DNA of 64,000 bases from contig JAZDFD010000024.1 of assembly GCA_043808155.1 (NCBI GenBank), positions 10,017-74,016 of the forward strand, written 5' to 3'. The notes under the pieces were generated by a model. The model made no database searches. It saw only the letters and a list, made by a program, of their open reading frames with translations, and was not told the origin of the DNA. This stretch comes from Candidatus Iainarchaeum sp. (GTDB taxonomy: Archaea > Iainarchaeota > Iainarchaeia > Iainarchaeales > JAZDFD01). How positions within the stretch are numbered: position 1 is the first letter of the stretch; every line of letters starts with the position of its first letter. Shown here in pieces: positions 49,807-60,189 of this stretch. A program made the translations under genes and the position numbers.

Positions 49807-50613
49807 GTGAGTGTAATGAACAAAAATCTGTTTAGAATCGTGGTTTTAATTGCGATTTCTGCGCTTTTAGTGAATAATGTCTGTGCACTTAGTTATTCAA
49901 TTCTAAATCACACTATTGAAATTTCAGTTAATGACACAGGAAATGCAGATGTTGTTGAGAGATTTAAGTTTTATTTTCCAAGTATGGCACAACGTGAAGA
50001 ATTCAAACAAACAAGTCAAACCATAGGTCTTGATTTGGAAAAATGGGAAACGCTTGACCCTAAAATAACAACCTACATTGGGAAAGGCAGGTATACTATA
50101 CAAAATATAAGCGTTGGTTTTGATGAAAGCTCGGAGTCACTTGAACTTAAATATTCTCTTCTTGAACCAATAATGGAAAAAATTGAAGAAACTTCAAGAG
50201 TTACGAAATATTCATTAAAAGCAAATGCATTTTCTGCTTCATTTGATGCAGGTGATTTGTGGAAAATTCCTGTTAATACAACAATAAGACTTATTCTTCC
50301 AACTAATACTGAATTAACAAAGACACCAAGTCCGGAAGCATCAATATTTGAAAATAAAATTGCATGGGAAGGATACAAAACTTCAAACAAACTTGAATTG
50401 GAATATGATCTCATAAAAGACATTGCACCCACTTTTGACATTGCAAAAGTTTTATTGAGTTTGACTTCCAGCAATTTGTTTATTCCTGTAATCGGAATTC
50501 TTGCACTTGTTGCAATTGTTATTTATGTGAAACGCAGTGAAATAAATTCAAAAATTGAAAATTATGTTATTAAACATTCAGAAATTGTCCCTGACGAAGA
50601 ACATTTTGAATAA
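49807..50613 (+). CDS. hypothetical secreted, C-terminally membrane-anchored protein
   Basis: N-terminal signal-like helix and a C-terminal TM followed by KR. Confidence 0.65.
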   Translation: MSVMNKNLFRIVVLIAISALLVNNVCALSYSILNHTIEISVNDTGNADVVERFKFYFPSMAQREEFKQTSQTIGLDLEKWETLDPKITTYIGKGRYTIQNISVGFDESSESLELKYSLLEPIMEKIEETSRVTKYSLKANAFSASFDAGDLWKIPVNTTIRLILPTNTELTKTPSPEASIFENKIAWEGYKTSNKLELEYDLIKDIAPTFDIAKVLLSLTSSNLFIPVIGILALVAIVIYVKRSEINSKIENYVIKHSEIVPDEEHFE

Positions 50614-50635
50614 TCACGTTAATTCTGTTTTCTTG

Positions 50636-51130
50636 TTAGCTCTGCCGTCTTGTTAATTCTGAACCGCAAACATCACAAATTTCATTTTTCGTGTCAGGAC
50701 TGAATTTTTTCCCGCAGGATCTGCATTTTACTGAAAAAGAAATTATTCTTGAGATTCCTTTTTGGGAAATTGAATTATATGGGATTTTCAGTAACTTCAG
50801 GAAATTTTGAATTGAGTAATCATCAGTTAATACTTTGAATTCCTTTTTTGAGTCATAGAATTCTGATGCAAGTGCAATAAGACTTAGGTCTTGTTTGCTC
50901 ATTTTATTAAATCCGTGCTTTGAAACATTTTCTGAAATTTTTTTGATTGTTTCTTCAGAAGGATCCTGGATTTTTAATATGCCCTGCGCAAGTGCATTTT
51001 CTGCAATATATTTTATTGACATTTCTTTCAATTCTGAAAAAATCAGAGAGGTTGTAATATATTTATTTTCAGCTCTGAATTCAAAATTTGGGCTATTTAT
51101 AAGTGCCGAAGCATCTAGTAAATAAAGCAT
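50636..51130 (-). CDS. nob1: Nob1 PIN-domain rRNA endonuclease
   Basis: LLDASAL, MSKQDLSLIALA, TDDYSIQN, CRSCGK...CDVCGS zinc ribbon. Confidence 0.9.
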   Translation of the reverse strand: MLYLLDASALINSPNFEFRAENKYITTSLIFSELKEMSIKYIAENALAQGILKIQDPSEETIKKISENVSKHGFNKMSKQDLSLIALASEFYDSKKEFKVLTDDYSIQNFLKLLKIPYNSISQKGISRIISFSVKCRSCGKKFSPDTKNEICDVCGSELTRRQS

Positions 51131-51217
51131 AATTCAATTATACTTAATAGTCTTTTATAAATAACCCTCTTATATATAGAAATAGAGTTATAGAAAATAG
51201 AGGCAAAAAGTGAGAAA

Positions 51218-52702
51218 ATGAATACCGAAGATGTTGCAGCTTCACTGAGTGGAATTGAGGTTTCAGTACTCAAAGTGCTCAAAGACGGAACCGAGAGAAA
51301 TGAACATCAAATTGCAGAAGACGGTAAAATAAATCTGGATTCTGTCAGACGTGCAACTGCATGGCTTGGTGAAAAAAAACTTCTTGATGTAAGTGAAATG
51401 AAAGAAGTGATTTTTAATTTGAGTGACGAAGGTAAAAAAGTTGTTGACTCTGGTTTGCCGGAACAGAGAATGCTAAAAGTGCTTTCTGGAAAAGGGAAAC
51501 TGAATTTTAAAGAAGCACTTAAGAAAAGCAACCTAGATGGCAGGGAATTTAATGTTGCACTTGGTTTGAACAAAAAAAATGCATTTATTATTGTTTCAAA
51601 ATCAGGAAATGAAACATTTATTGAACTTACAGAAGTTGCAAAGGAATTTATGCAGAACGGAACAGACTCTGAAAAATTTCTGAGAGAAATTAAATCGGAA
51701 AGTAAAACAAAATCTGCGCTTTCTGAAAAAGAAACAGAAGTTGCAGCTGAACTTTTGAAAAGAGGACTTGTTATTGAAAAAACACAGACAGAACGAACTG
51801 CAAAAATAAATTCAAATGGAAAAGACGCATTAGATTTTGCTTCAAAAAACAAATCCCGCAGTTTCAATATTGAAGGGAAAGTTCCTGTTTTTAATATTGG
51901 CAAGAAACATCCCTATATTCAATTCTTGCTTCAGATAAGAAGAAAATTAACAGAACTTGGATTTAAGGAAATGAGCGTACCATTAGTGGTTACAGAATTT
52001 TATAATTTTGATGTTCTTTTCCAGCCTCAAAATCATCCTGCAAGAACCTGGAGTGACACTTATCAACTGAAATATCCTAAAACAGGAAAACTTCCAGATA
52101 AAAAAATTGTTAATGCAATAAAACAGGCACATGAAACCGGAGGCAGAACAGGGAGCAAGGGGTGGGGTTATGACTGGAGTGAAAGTGTTGCATCCAGATT
52201 AATGCCTAACGCACACGGTACTTCCGGAAGTGCAAGACAAATTGTTGAGGGCGTTGAAATTCCCGGAAAGTATTTTGCAATTTCCAGATGTTACAGACCA
52301 GATGTTGTTGATGCAACTCACTTAAATGAATTCAACCAGATGGAAGGGTTTATTGTTGATGAAAGTTTTACTTTCAAAAATCTTCTCGGAATGCTGAAGC
52401 AGTTTGCAATAGAAATTGCAGGCGCAGAAAAAGTGAAATTCTATCCTGATTATTATCCATTTACTGAACCCTCAGTACAGCTGAGTGCAAAGCATCCTGA
52501 TTTGGGATGGATTGAATTTGGTGGTGCGGGAATTTTCAGACCTGAAATGACAGAAAATCTCGGAGTTAAAGCCCCCATACTTGCATGGGGTTTGGGGATT
52601 GACAGATTAGCAATGTTCAAACTTGGAATTAATGATATCAGATATTTATTCAGTCAGGATTTGGAATGGCTGAGAAGAAGCAAAGTAGTGAGAGTAGAGT
52701 GA
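51218..52702 (+). CDS. pheS: phenylalanine-tRNA ligase alpha subunit
   Basis: GKKHP, NFDVLFQPQNHPAR, YRPDVVDATHLNEFNQMEG, YYPFTEPS, AWGLGIDRLAM. Confidence 0.97.
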   Translation: MNTEDVAASLSGIEVSVLKVLKDGTERNEHQIAEDGKINLDSVRRATAWLGEKKLLDVSEMKEVIFNLSDEGKKVVDSGLPEQRMLKVLSGKGKLNFKEALKKSNLDGREFNVALGLNKKNAFIIVSKSGNETFIELTEVAKEFMQNGTDSEKFLREIKSESKTKSALSEKETEVAAELLKRGLVIEKTQTERTAKINSNGKDALDFASKNKSRSFNIEGKVPVFNIGKKHPYIQFLLQIRRKLTELGFKEMSVPLVVTEFYNFDVLFQPQNHPARTWSDTYQLKYPKTGKLPDKKIVNAIKQAHETGGRTGSKGWGYDWSESVASRLMPNAHGTSGSARQIVEGVEIPGKYFAISRCYRPDVVDATHLNEFNQMEGFIVDESFTFKNLLGMLKQFAIEIAGAEKVKFYPDYYPFTEPSVQLSAKHPDLGWIEFGGAGIFRPEMTENLGVKAPILAWGLGIDRLAMFKLGINDIRYLFSQDLEWLRRSKVVRVE

Positions 52703-52712
52703 GGAATTAGAT

Positions 52713-54356
52713 ATGCCCACGGTAGAAACATCAAAAAAAGATTTGGAAAAATTGTGCGGAATGAAATTTACAAAAGAGAAATTAGAGACTGCACTACTTT
52801 TTGCAAAAGGTGAATTAGATGGGATTGACGGAGATACTCTGAAAATTGACATTAAAGATGCAAACAGACCTGACCTCTGGAGTATTGAGGGAATTGCTCG
52901 TGTGATAAAAGCAGGTTATGGTAAAAGTAAGGGAGTTCCGAAATGGAAAATGAAAAATTCAGGTGTTGATGTTTTTATTGAAAAAAGTGTTTCGAAATCA
53001 CGTCCCTATATTACATGCGCAATTGTGAAAAATGTCAGAGTTACTGAAGACCTTTTGATTCAGATGATTCAGCTTCAGGAAAAAGTCGGCGATAGTTATG
53101 GCCGGAAGAGAGCGGAAGTCGGAATCGGGTTATATGATTTTGATAAATTAAAACCTCCGATTTATTACAGAGGTTATAAACCAAAAGATCTTGAATTTGT
53201 TCCTTTGGAATTTAAAGTTCCAATGCGACTTGATGAAATTTTAATGAAACATCCAAAAGGAATCAAATACGCGCATTTGCTGAAGGGCAAGGAAAATTAT
53301 CCTATTGTGATTGATTCTGCAAATGTCGTTGCTTCAATGCCACCTATAATTAATTCAGAAACAACTGGGAAAGTTGATGACAAAACTAAAAATATTTTTA
53401 TTGAATGCACTGGTTTTGACTGGGAAAGGGTAAATGTTGCACTGAATGTAATTATTTCTGCATTTTTAGAACGCGGGGCACAAGTAGAAACAACAAAAAT
53501 TCATTTACCAAATGGTAAAGTTAAAGTTACACCTGATTTCACACCGGGAAAAATTAAAATTGATTTGAAATATGTGAATAAAATTTCAGGTTTGGGTTTG
53601 AAGATAAATGAGGTTGTGAAACTTTTGCAGAATTCAAATTATGATGTTAAGGCAAAAGGCAATTCATTAGACGTGTCTTATCCTGCATATCGTCAGGATA
53701 TTTTACATCCAGTTGATGTTGTTGAAGATATTATTATTGCATATGGCTACAATGAAATTGAGCCTGAACTTGTGAAAGTCTCAACAAAGGGAAATGAAAG
53801 CGCCGAAGCAATTGAAATTGATTTAGTAAGAAATGTTTGTGTTGGACTGGGTTTGCAGGAAGTTCTGACTTTTACATTAGTTTCTAAAGAAGCTCAGGAA
53901 ACTAAAATGAATCTTAAGGATGTTAAATTTGTTGAAATTGAAAACCCAGTATCTGAAAACTGGTGTGTATTTAGAAAAAGTATAATTCCCGAGATTTTGA
54001 GTTTCCTTGCAACTAACAAACATTCGGCATATCCCCAGAGATTGTTTGAGATTGGAAAAACTGTTCACATTGACAGCAAATCTGAAACATGTGTTACGGA
54101 GAAGAATCTTCTTACGATTGTTATTACAGACAATAAAACTAATTTCACAGAAATTAAATCAATTATGGAAACAATTGCCCAGAACTTTGGCTGGAATTAT
54201 TCAGTTGAAAGAAAAGAACACCCAAGTTTTGAGAAAGGGAAATGTGCAGCAATTAAAATTGGAAAGCACAAAGGAGTTCTCGGTGAAATTTCAAAGGATG
54301 TTCTGAAGAATTTCAATTTAAGTATACCGGTTTCAGTTTTAGAAATTGAACTTTAA
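52713..54356 (+). CDS. pheT: phenylalanine-tRNA ligase beta subunit
   Basis: NRPDLWSIEGIAR, SMPPIINS, RQDILHPVDVVEDI..AYGYN, YPQRLFEIG. Confidence 0.97.
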   Translation: MPTVETSKKDLEKLCGMKFTKEKLETALLFAKGELDGIDGDTLKIDIKDANRPDLWSIEGIARVIKAGYGKSKGVPKWKMKNSGVDVFIEKSVSKSRPYITCAIVKNVRVTEDLLIQMIQLQEKVGDSYGRKRAEVGIGLYDFDKLKPPIYYRGYKPKDLEFVPLEFKVPMRLDEILMKHPKGIKYAHLLKGKENYPIVIDSANVVASMPPIINSETTGKVDDKTKNIFIECTGFDWERVNVALNVIISAFLERGAQVETTKIHLPNGKVKVTPDFTPGKIKIDLKYVNKISGLGLKINEVVKLLQNSNYDVKAKGNSLDVSYPAYRQDILHPVDVVEDIIIAYGYNEIEPELVKVSTKGNESAEAIEIDLVRNVCVGLGLQEVLTFTLVSKEAQETKMNLKDVKFVEIENPVSENWCVFRKSIIPEILSFLATNKHSAYPQRLFEIGKTVHIDSKSETCVTEKNLLTIVITDNKTNFTEIKSIMETIAQNFGWNYSVERKEHPSFEKGKCAAIKIGKHKGVLGEISKDVLKNFNLSIPVSVLEIEL

Positions 54357-54646
54357 ACGTTTTTTGGAGCATCAGTTAGAAGTTTTCTAATTATATCGTA
54401 ATCTTCCTGTTGTCCTGCACTTAATGGCTGATTTTCATTTTTTATTCTTTCAAGACTTTCAAATGTACTCTCAAGCTGCATTCTCAAAAGTCTGAATTCT
54501 ATTTGGGATTTTGAATCCTTTAAACCACCATTGAAATGTATTTTGGTTAGTCTTCTAAAATCATTGTAAATCGGAAGATTTTTTTTGTCATTTAGGCGTT
54601 GCTCTGGTTTCGTAGGCGATCGTTCGATTCTTTTTTTAAAAGACAT
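54353..54646 (-). CDS. orphan protein with basic N-terminus
   Basis: Likely start MSFKKRIERSPTKP; helical; no recognised motif. Confidence 0.45.
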   Translation of the reverse strand: MSFKKRIERSPTKPEQRLNDKKNLPIYNDFRRLTKIHFNGGLKDSKSQIEFRLLRMQLESTFESLERIKNENQPLSAGQQEDYDIIRKLLTDAPKNV

Positions 54647-54827
54647 AAGTAATATTTTGGGATATATGTTATTAAAACAATTTAGTCTGCTTTTCATCTG
54701 TTTCAATTGGTTCTGGTATTTCAGGGAGTTGATGAAAAAGTGTTGGAAAACTTTGGGTGATAAATCCCTGTAACTATTTTAGAAATAGAACTTTAAATTG
54801 AAATTCTGAAAATAAGGAAATTTACTT

Positions 54828-55184
54828 TTACCCAAGAAGTTCTCTTAGTTTACCTAAAAATGTGATTTCGGGAGGTGTCAATTGACGTTCTTGTTTAGCT
54901 TTTTCCAGTCGTATGCGCTCTTGGTTGAGGCTGTCTTCAAGTATTCTTATTTCCGCTCTTTGGGCGATTGATAAATGCATTCCACGATTTAGAAGACTTT
55001 CCAATTTTTGTATATCTGATTTTTTCTGTTGCATAGCCTCTCGCATTTCGTCTGATTTTAGCCCTTCTGTTCCTCCTTCTAAATGTTTCCCTTCTGGAGG
55101 TCTGGCACTCTTTCTGACCGTCTTGTTCCGGCTGCTTTTTCTCGGCGGTTTTTTAGGTGGTTTCATTGGTCTACGTCCTGGCAT
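54828..55184 (-). CDS. orphan protein with basic Pro-rich N-terminus
   Basis: MPGRRPMKPPKKPPRK, then coiled-coil-like segment. Confidence 0.55.
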   Translation of the reverse strand: MPGRRPMKPPKKPPRKSSRNKTVRKSARPPEGKHLEGGTEGLKSDEMREAMQQKKSDIQKLESLLNRGMHLSIAQRAEIRILEDSLNQERIRLEKAKQERQLTPPEITFLGKLRELLG

Positions 55185-55256
55185 AATATCACTAGTATAA
55201 TAATGGTTAATGAGTTATTAAAAACTTTCGTTAGCTGACTAATAAGTTAAAGAGCA

Positions 55257-56735
55257 TTAAAACAGCTTGGTCTGTTTGTGTGCTTCCTCTTCAATTTCAT
55301 TTTCTTCAGCTTCAGTTTCCGCAGTTTCAGTTTCTTCTGGTTCAAAATTTTGCAATGACCTCTCCGAAACTGCTGCAGGGGATTTTCCTTTTGCTAATTG
55401 TTTTTCAGAGATTCCGGACAGTGCTTTCCTGCGCTTTGTGAAATTCTTCAGTCTGATTTCTTCTGCTTCTTCAAGTATTTTCTTGACTTTTTTTGTTGTT
55501 GGTTTTGTGTTCATTAGAAATGCCAATTCTTTTTCATTTAATTCAAATTGTGCAGTGTATTGTGCAGCCAATTCTTTGTTTTCAAAAAACATCTGCAAGT
55601 AAGGTAAATCATAAGCCATAACTTCGCGGGAAGAGGTATGGATTTTCTTTCCGATTTTTGTGCCTAATTCTTTTTTCATTGCGCGCAAAGCACGTGAACC
55701 AGAAAGTTGTCTCAGTAAAGTTGGGAACGTATACATAACAAAATCATAGTATTCATTTTCTTTTGCGAATGCAACTCCGGAACTCATTAAATCAGAAGAA
55801 TATCTTTTGTAGCCCCAGTACTGACGTTTGTAAATTCTGCCATTAAAAATATCTGCTCTTGAAAGTGCTGCAAAAGCTCTTGCGGCATCTTCATTATTAG
55901 TGTACTGCCGCGGAATGTTTTCTTCAACCCATGCAGATAATAAATCTCCTGAAACAGAACTCTGGAATGTGTTTTGTCTTATTTCTTTGAGATCTTTTCC
56001 TTTGAAAATTGATTTCATTATTTTGAAAATATTTTCCTTGCGTTCTCTGTAACCTAAACTTTGCACATCCGCCATTGTGATTTCCTTTTGGTTCATTGAA
56101 AGAGTTTGTAAATCCAAAAGAGCAGCTCTGAAATCCCCGCCTGTGTTTTTTGCGAATTCTTTAATTGCTTCAGGATCATAAGTCATCAGTTCAGTATCTA
56201 AAATTTCACGCAATCTTTTTGCAATTGAAAGATAATTTATTTTTTTAAACTCCAGTGGTTCTGCATATGTTCTCATTGGCGCAAGTTTCTGATCTGCATA
56301 AATTTCATTTGCAGTAAGAATTATCGGATTTTTAGATTCTTTTAAAATTGTGATAATTGAACCTGCACCGCCTCTGTCTTGTGACTGCAAACCATCAACT
56401 TCATCCAGAAGAATTAATCTTTTTTTTCCGGAGAATGTTGCACCCTGAGATGCTGCACCTGCAACTTTATCGATTATGTCTTTTGTGCGGAAATCTGAAG
56501 CATTCATTTCAAAAAGTTCCCAGTCATAAAGTTTTGCAGTGAGAATTGCCAAACATGTTTTTCCCACACCTGGCGAGCCGTGTAAAAGCAATGGTTTCTG
56601 TGGTTGCCCTGAGGCCCATGCATCAGCCCATGCTTGCACTCTTCTGGAAATTTCATCATTTCCGATAAATTCAGATAAATCCTTTGGAGAATATTTCTCA
56701 GTCCATATTTCACTCATAAGTATATTTTTAAGCAT
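55257..56735 (-). CDS. rfcL: replication factor C large subunit
   Basis: WTEKYSP, GSPGVGKT, EMNASDFR, LLDEVDG, GDFRAAL, C-terminal PIP box QTKLF. Confidence 0.96.
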   Translation of the reverse strand: MLKNILMSEIWTEKYSPKDLSEFIGNDEISRRVQAWADAWASGQPQKPLLLHGSPGVGKTCLAILTAKLYDWELFEMNASDFRTKDIIDKVAGAASQGATFSGKKRLILLDEVDGLQSQDRGGAGSIITILKESKNPIILTANEIYADQKLAPMRTYAEPLEFKKINYLSIAKRLREILDTELMTYDPEAIKEFAKNTGGDFRAALLDLQTLSMNQKEITMADVQSLGYRERKENIFKIMKSIFKGKDLKEIRQNTFQSSVSGDLLSAWVEENIPRQYTNNEDAARAFAALSRADIFNGRIYKRQYWGYKRYSSDLMSSGVAFAKENEYYDFVMYTFPTLLRQLSGSRALRAMKKELGTKIGKKIHTSSREVMAYDLPYLQMFFENKELAAQYTAQFELNEKELAFLMNTKPTTKKVKKILEEAEEIRLKNFTKRRKALSGISEKQLAKGKSPAAVSERSLQNFEPEETETAETEAEENEIEEEAHKQTKLF

Positions 56736-56786
56736 AAAACAATTAAATGTAGTTAGGGTTTGGAAAACAAAGGTGATTAGGTGGCG

Positions 56787-57164
56787 ATGGGGGAATTTCT
56801 TGCAAAATTAGATCCAAAAATTGTGGATGGTAATTATTGGATTTGCACAATTAAAACTCATTCAGAGGTGCCTGAAAATGCAATTGCAACTTTTAAGGAA
56901 GAAAAAGGAATTAGTATTATTCTTAAGCAAGAAACAAAACCTGAATTTGAATGTACTGAAGCAAAAGCAATGATTTCAGTTGGAATTGAGACTCCTCAGG
57001 GAGCCGAAGCATTTCTTTCAAAAATAATGAGTGCAATTGCAGAGGCAGATGATTTGTGCACATATGTTTATTCTGCCTATTATCAAGATCATTTATTTGT
57101 TCCAAAAGAAAAAGCAGAAGAAGTTATTGAAGTTTTAAATAAATTGAAAAGCAGGTATCACTAA
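56787..57164 (+). CDS. ACT-domain protein (DUF2241/ACT_7-like)
   Basis: ATFKEEKGISII and YSAYYQDHLFVP patterns. Confidence 0.75.
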   Translation: MGEFLAKLDPKIVDGNYWICTIKTHSEVPENAIATFKEEKGISIILKQETKPEFECTEAKAMISVGIETPQGAEAFLSKIMSAIAEADDLCTYVYSAYYQDHLFVPKEKAEEVIEVLNKLKSRYH

Positions 57165-57181
57165 AGATTAAAAGCGTGGGG

Positions 57182-57370
57182 CTATGAAGCAAGACATGAA
57201 AAAATTGTAATAAACAAAACTATAAATCCTGAAATGCTTATTAAATTCCCGCTCCAATGACTGAAACCAATTACTGAAACAAATATTGCAAGAAGAAAAA
57301 AATACATTGAATACATAAGCGCTCTTTTGAAAATTCCAAACATGAAATCACATAAACGCAAAATAAGCAA
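57182..57370 (-). CDS. small membrane protein
   Basis: Two hydrophobic segments; co-oriented with upstream membrane ORF. Confidence 0.45.
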   Translation of the reverse strand: MLILRLCDFMFGIFKRALMYSMYFFLLAIFVSVIGFSHWSGNLISISGFIVLFITIFSCLAS

Positions 57371-57698
57371 AGCTCAATCCTATGAAAAAAACATATCCTG
57401 AAGCTGTTTTGTAGTTATCCAAAAAACTTCCTTCTGAAAATATTTCATAACTTATAAGTAATACAAAATATATCAAAGGAAATGTTATGGGAAACCATTC
57501 CCAGCCAAGCCAGCTAAAAAGATCACCAAAAGCAAGCCAGCTGAATAACAGGAATATATAACCAATGATTCTGTTTCCGCCCAGATAATATTTATAGAGC
57601 AGAGCAAAGACAAAAACCCAGAGAAGATTTGATAGAATTAAATCTATGAAAAAGCCTAGATTAAGAGTTAGGAGATTATAGATTATTTCAAATATCAT
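57348..57698 (-). CDS. hypothetical membrane protein
   Basis: Very hydrophobic, aromatic-rich 116 aa; divergent from Lrp regulator. Confidence 0.6.
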   Translation of the reverse strand: MIFEIIYNLLTLNLGFFIDLILSNLLWVFVFALLYKYYLGGNRIIGYIFLLFSWLAFGDLFSWLGWEWFPITFPLIYFVLLISYEIFSEGSFLDNYKTASGYVFFIGLSFAYFAFM

Positions 57699-57791
57699 AA
57701 ATATATGCGTTTTTGGTTATATTTAATACTTTTTTAGTATTTTTTTAATAAATACACACTATTTATAAATAATTTGTAGTTATATTAAAAT

Positions 57792-58796
57792 ATGACTGAT
57801 AAACTAGATTTGAAGGACAGAAAACTGCTTTATGAGCTTTCTAATGATTCAAAACAGAGCGTCTCAAAACTATCAAAAAAGATAGGTATTTCAGAACAAG
57901 TTGCGCTTTACAGAATGAATCGGCTCTTGGAAAAAGGAATAATAAAGAAATTTGTTACAATTGTAGATTTTCAGAAATTTGGACTTTTGAATGCAAATGT
58001 TTACTTAAAGATTGTAAATGCAGGCAAAGAAAAAGAACAGGAAATAATTGAGTTTGCGAAAGAATCACCTTACATTGATTGGGGAATTGTCGCATATGGG
58101 AAAGATAATCTTATTTTATCATTGTTTGCAAAAAATGTAAATCATTTTAATGAACTGTTTTCGGAAATTTTATTTAAATTTGGAGAGTATGTTATAAACG
58201 AGGGATATTCTTTCAATCTGGAAATGATTTCCCTTCCAAGAGACTATTTTGTAGATGCGGATGACAGAGTAGAAACAAAAGTTGTAGATATTGCAAAGAG
58301 TGCAAAGAAGATCTTTGTTCTCGATAAAAAAGATTTTCTGCTTTTGAAAGAACTTTCCAGCAATAGCAGAAAAACCGTGAAAGAGCTTTCTGAAAAACTT
58401 AAATTAAGTGGAAACGCAACTGCACACAGAATAAAGAAACTTGAAAAAGAAGGGGTTATTGCAGGTTATACAATTCAGATTGATTCAAACAAAGTTGGAA
58501 TGACATACCACCGAATAATTCTGAAAATTGCATCATCTTCAACAAAAAAGAAATTAAATGATTTAATTGAGTTTTGTAAAATGCACCCTAATATTATATT
58601 TATAACTAAAAGTATTAATCAGATAGATTTAGAAATTGAGGCAAAAGGACCCCTACATTTTCATGAAATTTTAATGGAAATCATGAAAAACTTTTCAAAT
58701 ATAATATTAGAACAAGAAACAAGTACGGGTCTGTATGAAATAAAATATGATTATTTTCCTTTTGAAAAGCTCTCAGATATTCAGGAGGATATTTAA
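57792..58796 (+). CDS. tandem-domain Lrp/AsnC transcriptional regulator
   Basis: Two HTH repeats: LDLKDRKLLYELSNDSK...RLLEKGII and LDKKDFLLLKELSSNSR...RIKKLEKEGVI. Confidence 0.9.
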   Translation: MTDKLDLKDRKLLYELSNDSKQSVSKLSKKIGISEQVALYRMNRLLEKGIIKKFVTIVDFQKFGLLNANVYLKIVNAGKEKEQEIIEFAKESPYIDWGIVAYGKDNLILSLFAKNVNHFNELFSEILFKFGEYVINEGYSFNLEMISLPRDYFVDADDRVETKVVDIAKSAKKIFVLDKKDFLLLKELSSNSRKTVKELSEKLKLSGNATAHRIKKLEKEGVIAGYTIQIDSNKVGMTYHRIILKIASSSTKKKLNDLIEFCKMHPNIIFITKSINQIDLEIEAKGPLHFHEILMEIMKNFSNIILEQETSTGLYEIKYDYFPFEKLSDIQEDI

Positions 58797-58893
58797 TAAT
58801 TTTTAACTAAAAAATATGTGCGAGAATGGAAAATATTATTTAAATCAAGATATTTAATTAAAACCTTCTTTGCTTAAATTGGTGTGATAACTA

Positions 58894-60087
58894 ATGCAGA
58901 TAGCATGTGTAGGCAAACCCTCAAGTGGAAAATCGACCTTCTTCAGTGCAGCAACGCTTGTAGATGTTGAAATTGCTAATCGTCCATTTACAACTATAAA
59001 ACCTAATCAAGGCACAGGATATGTCACAACTAAATGTGTTCACGAAGAAAAAGGAAAACCTTGTCAACCTATGAATAGTAAATGTGAAAACGGCATAAGA
59101 CTTATTCCAATACAGATGCTTGATGTGGCAGGTTTGATAGAAGATAGTTGGAAAGGCCGCGGGCTCGGCAATTCTTTTTTAAATGACTTAATGCAAGCAC
59201 AAGCTTTGATTCATGTTTTGGATGTTTCTGGCACAACAGATGCTGAAGGAAATACAGTGACTGCTGGAAGTTATAATCCTGTAAATGATGTTGAGTTTTT
59301 GGAAAGAGAAGTTGCATATTGGATTAAGCAAATTTTAGAAAAAAATTGGGGAAAAATTTCTAAAAGTATTTCTATTTCTGGAGAAATTGTTTCGGGTTTA
59401 GCAACGCAATTAAGCGGCTTAGGAATTAAAGAGAGAGACATAAAAAAAGTTTTGAGTGAAATTGAATTAAAGAGTAAGAAACCTTCTGAATGGGATGAAG
59501 AAGAAATGCTACAGTTTTCTTCTGCAATTAGGGAGAAAAGTAAACCAATGGTAATTGCTGCAAATAAATGCGATATGCAAAGTGCTGCAGAAAATTTAGA
59601 TAAACTGAAAAGTGAATTTTCTGAGAAGAGGATATTTCCAACTTCTGCAGAAAGCGAATTATCTTTGAGGAGAGCAGATAAAGCTGGAATCATAAAATAT
59701 ATTCCTGGGGGAAAAGAATTTGAAATTTTAAAAGAATGCGAAGAGAAACAGAAGAAAGCATTAGAGTTTATTCAGAAAAATGTGTTGGATGTTTTTGGAA
59801 GTACAGGAGTTCAACAAGTAATAAATAAAACTGCTTTTGATTTGTTGGATTTGGTTGTTGTTTATCCGGTACAGGATCAAAGTAAATGGGTTTCGGGTAA
59901 GGGTCATTATCTCCCTGATGCATTCCTTGTGAAAAAAGGAACTACTCCAAAAGAACTTGCAGGAATAATTCATACTGATTTTGCAAATCGATATTTAGGT
60001 GCTATTAATTGCAGAACAAATCAAAAGATATCTGAAAGTTATGAAATTCAGAATAATGATGTTATAAAAATTCTTTTGAGAAATTAG
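58894..60087 (+). CDS. ychF: YchF/OLA1-family Obg-like ATPase (archaeal type)
   Basis: GKPSSGKST, PFTTIKPN, DVAGL, GLGNSFL, ANKCD, TGS domain IHTD. Confidence 0.92.
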   Translation: MQIACVGKPSSGKSTFFSAATLVDVEIANRPFTTIKPNQGTGYVTTKCVHEEKGKPCQPMNSKCENGIRLIPIQMLDVAGLIEDSWKGRGLGNSFLNDLMQAQALIHVLDVSGTTDAEGNTVTAGSYNPVNDVEFLEREVAYWIKQILEKNWGKISKSISISGEIVSGLATQLSGLGIKERDIKKVLSEIELKSKKPSEWDEEEMLQFSSAIREKSKPMVIAANKCDMQSAAENLDKLKSEFSEKRIFPTSAESELSLRRADKAGIIKYIPGGKEFEILKECEEKQKKALEFIQKNVLDVFGSTGVQQVINKTAFDLLDLVVVYPVQDQSKWVSGKGHYLPDAFLVKKGTTPKELAGIIHTDFANRYLGAINCRTNQKISESYEIQNNDVIKILLRN

Positions 60088-60121
60088 AAAATATTGCAGC
60101 AGTATTATGAACAAATTGACA

Positions 60122-60178
60122 GTGCCAGTGAAACTGGCACAAATTCACAACTGGAATTTGCCGGCTCGCACTAGCCGG
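60122..60178. other. three abutting hairpins in a convergent intergenic region
   Basis: GTGCCAGT-GAA-ACTGGCAC, CAAATTC-N7-GAATTTG, CCGGCT-N6-AGCCGG. Confidence 0.6.
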
Positions 60179-60189
60179 GCGTTCGGCTC

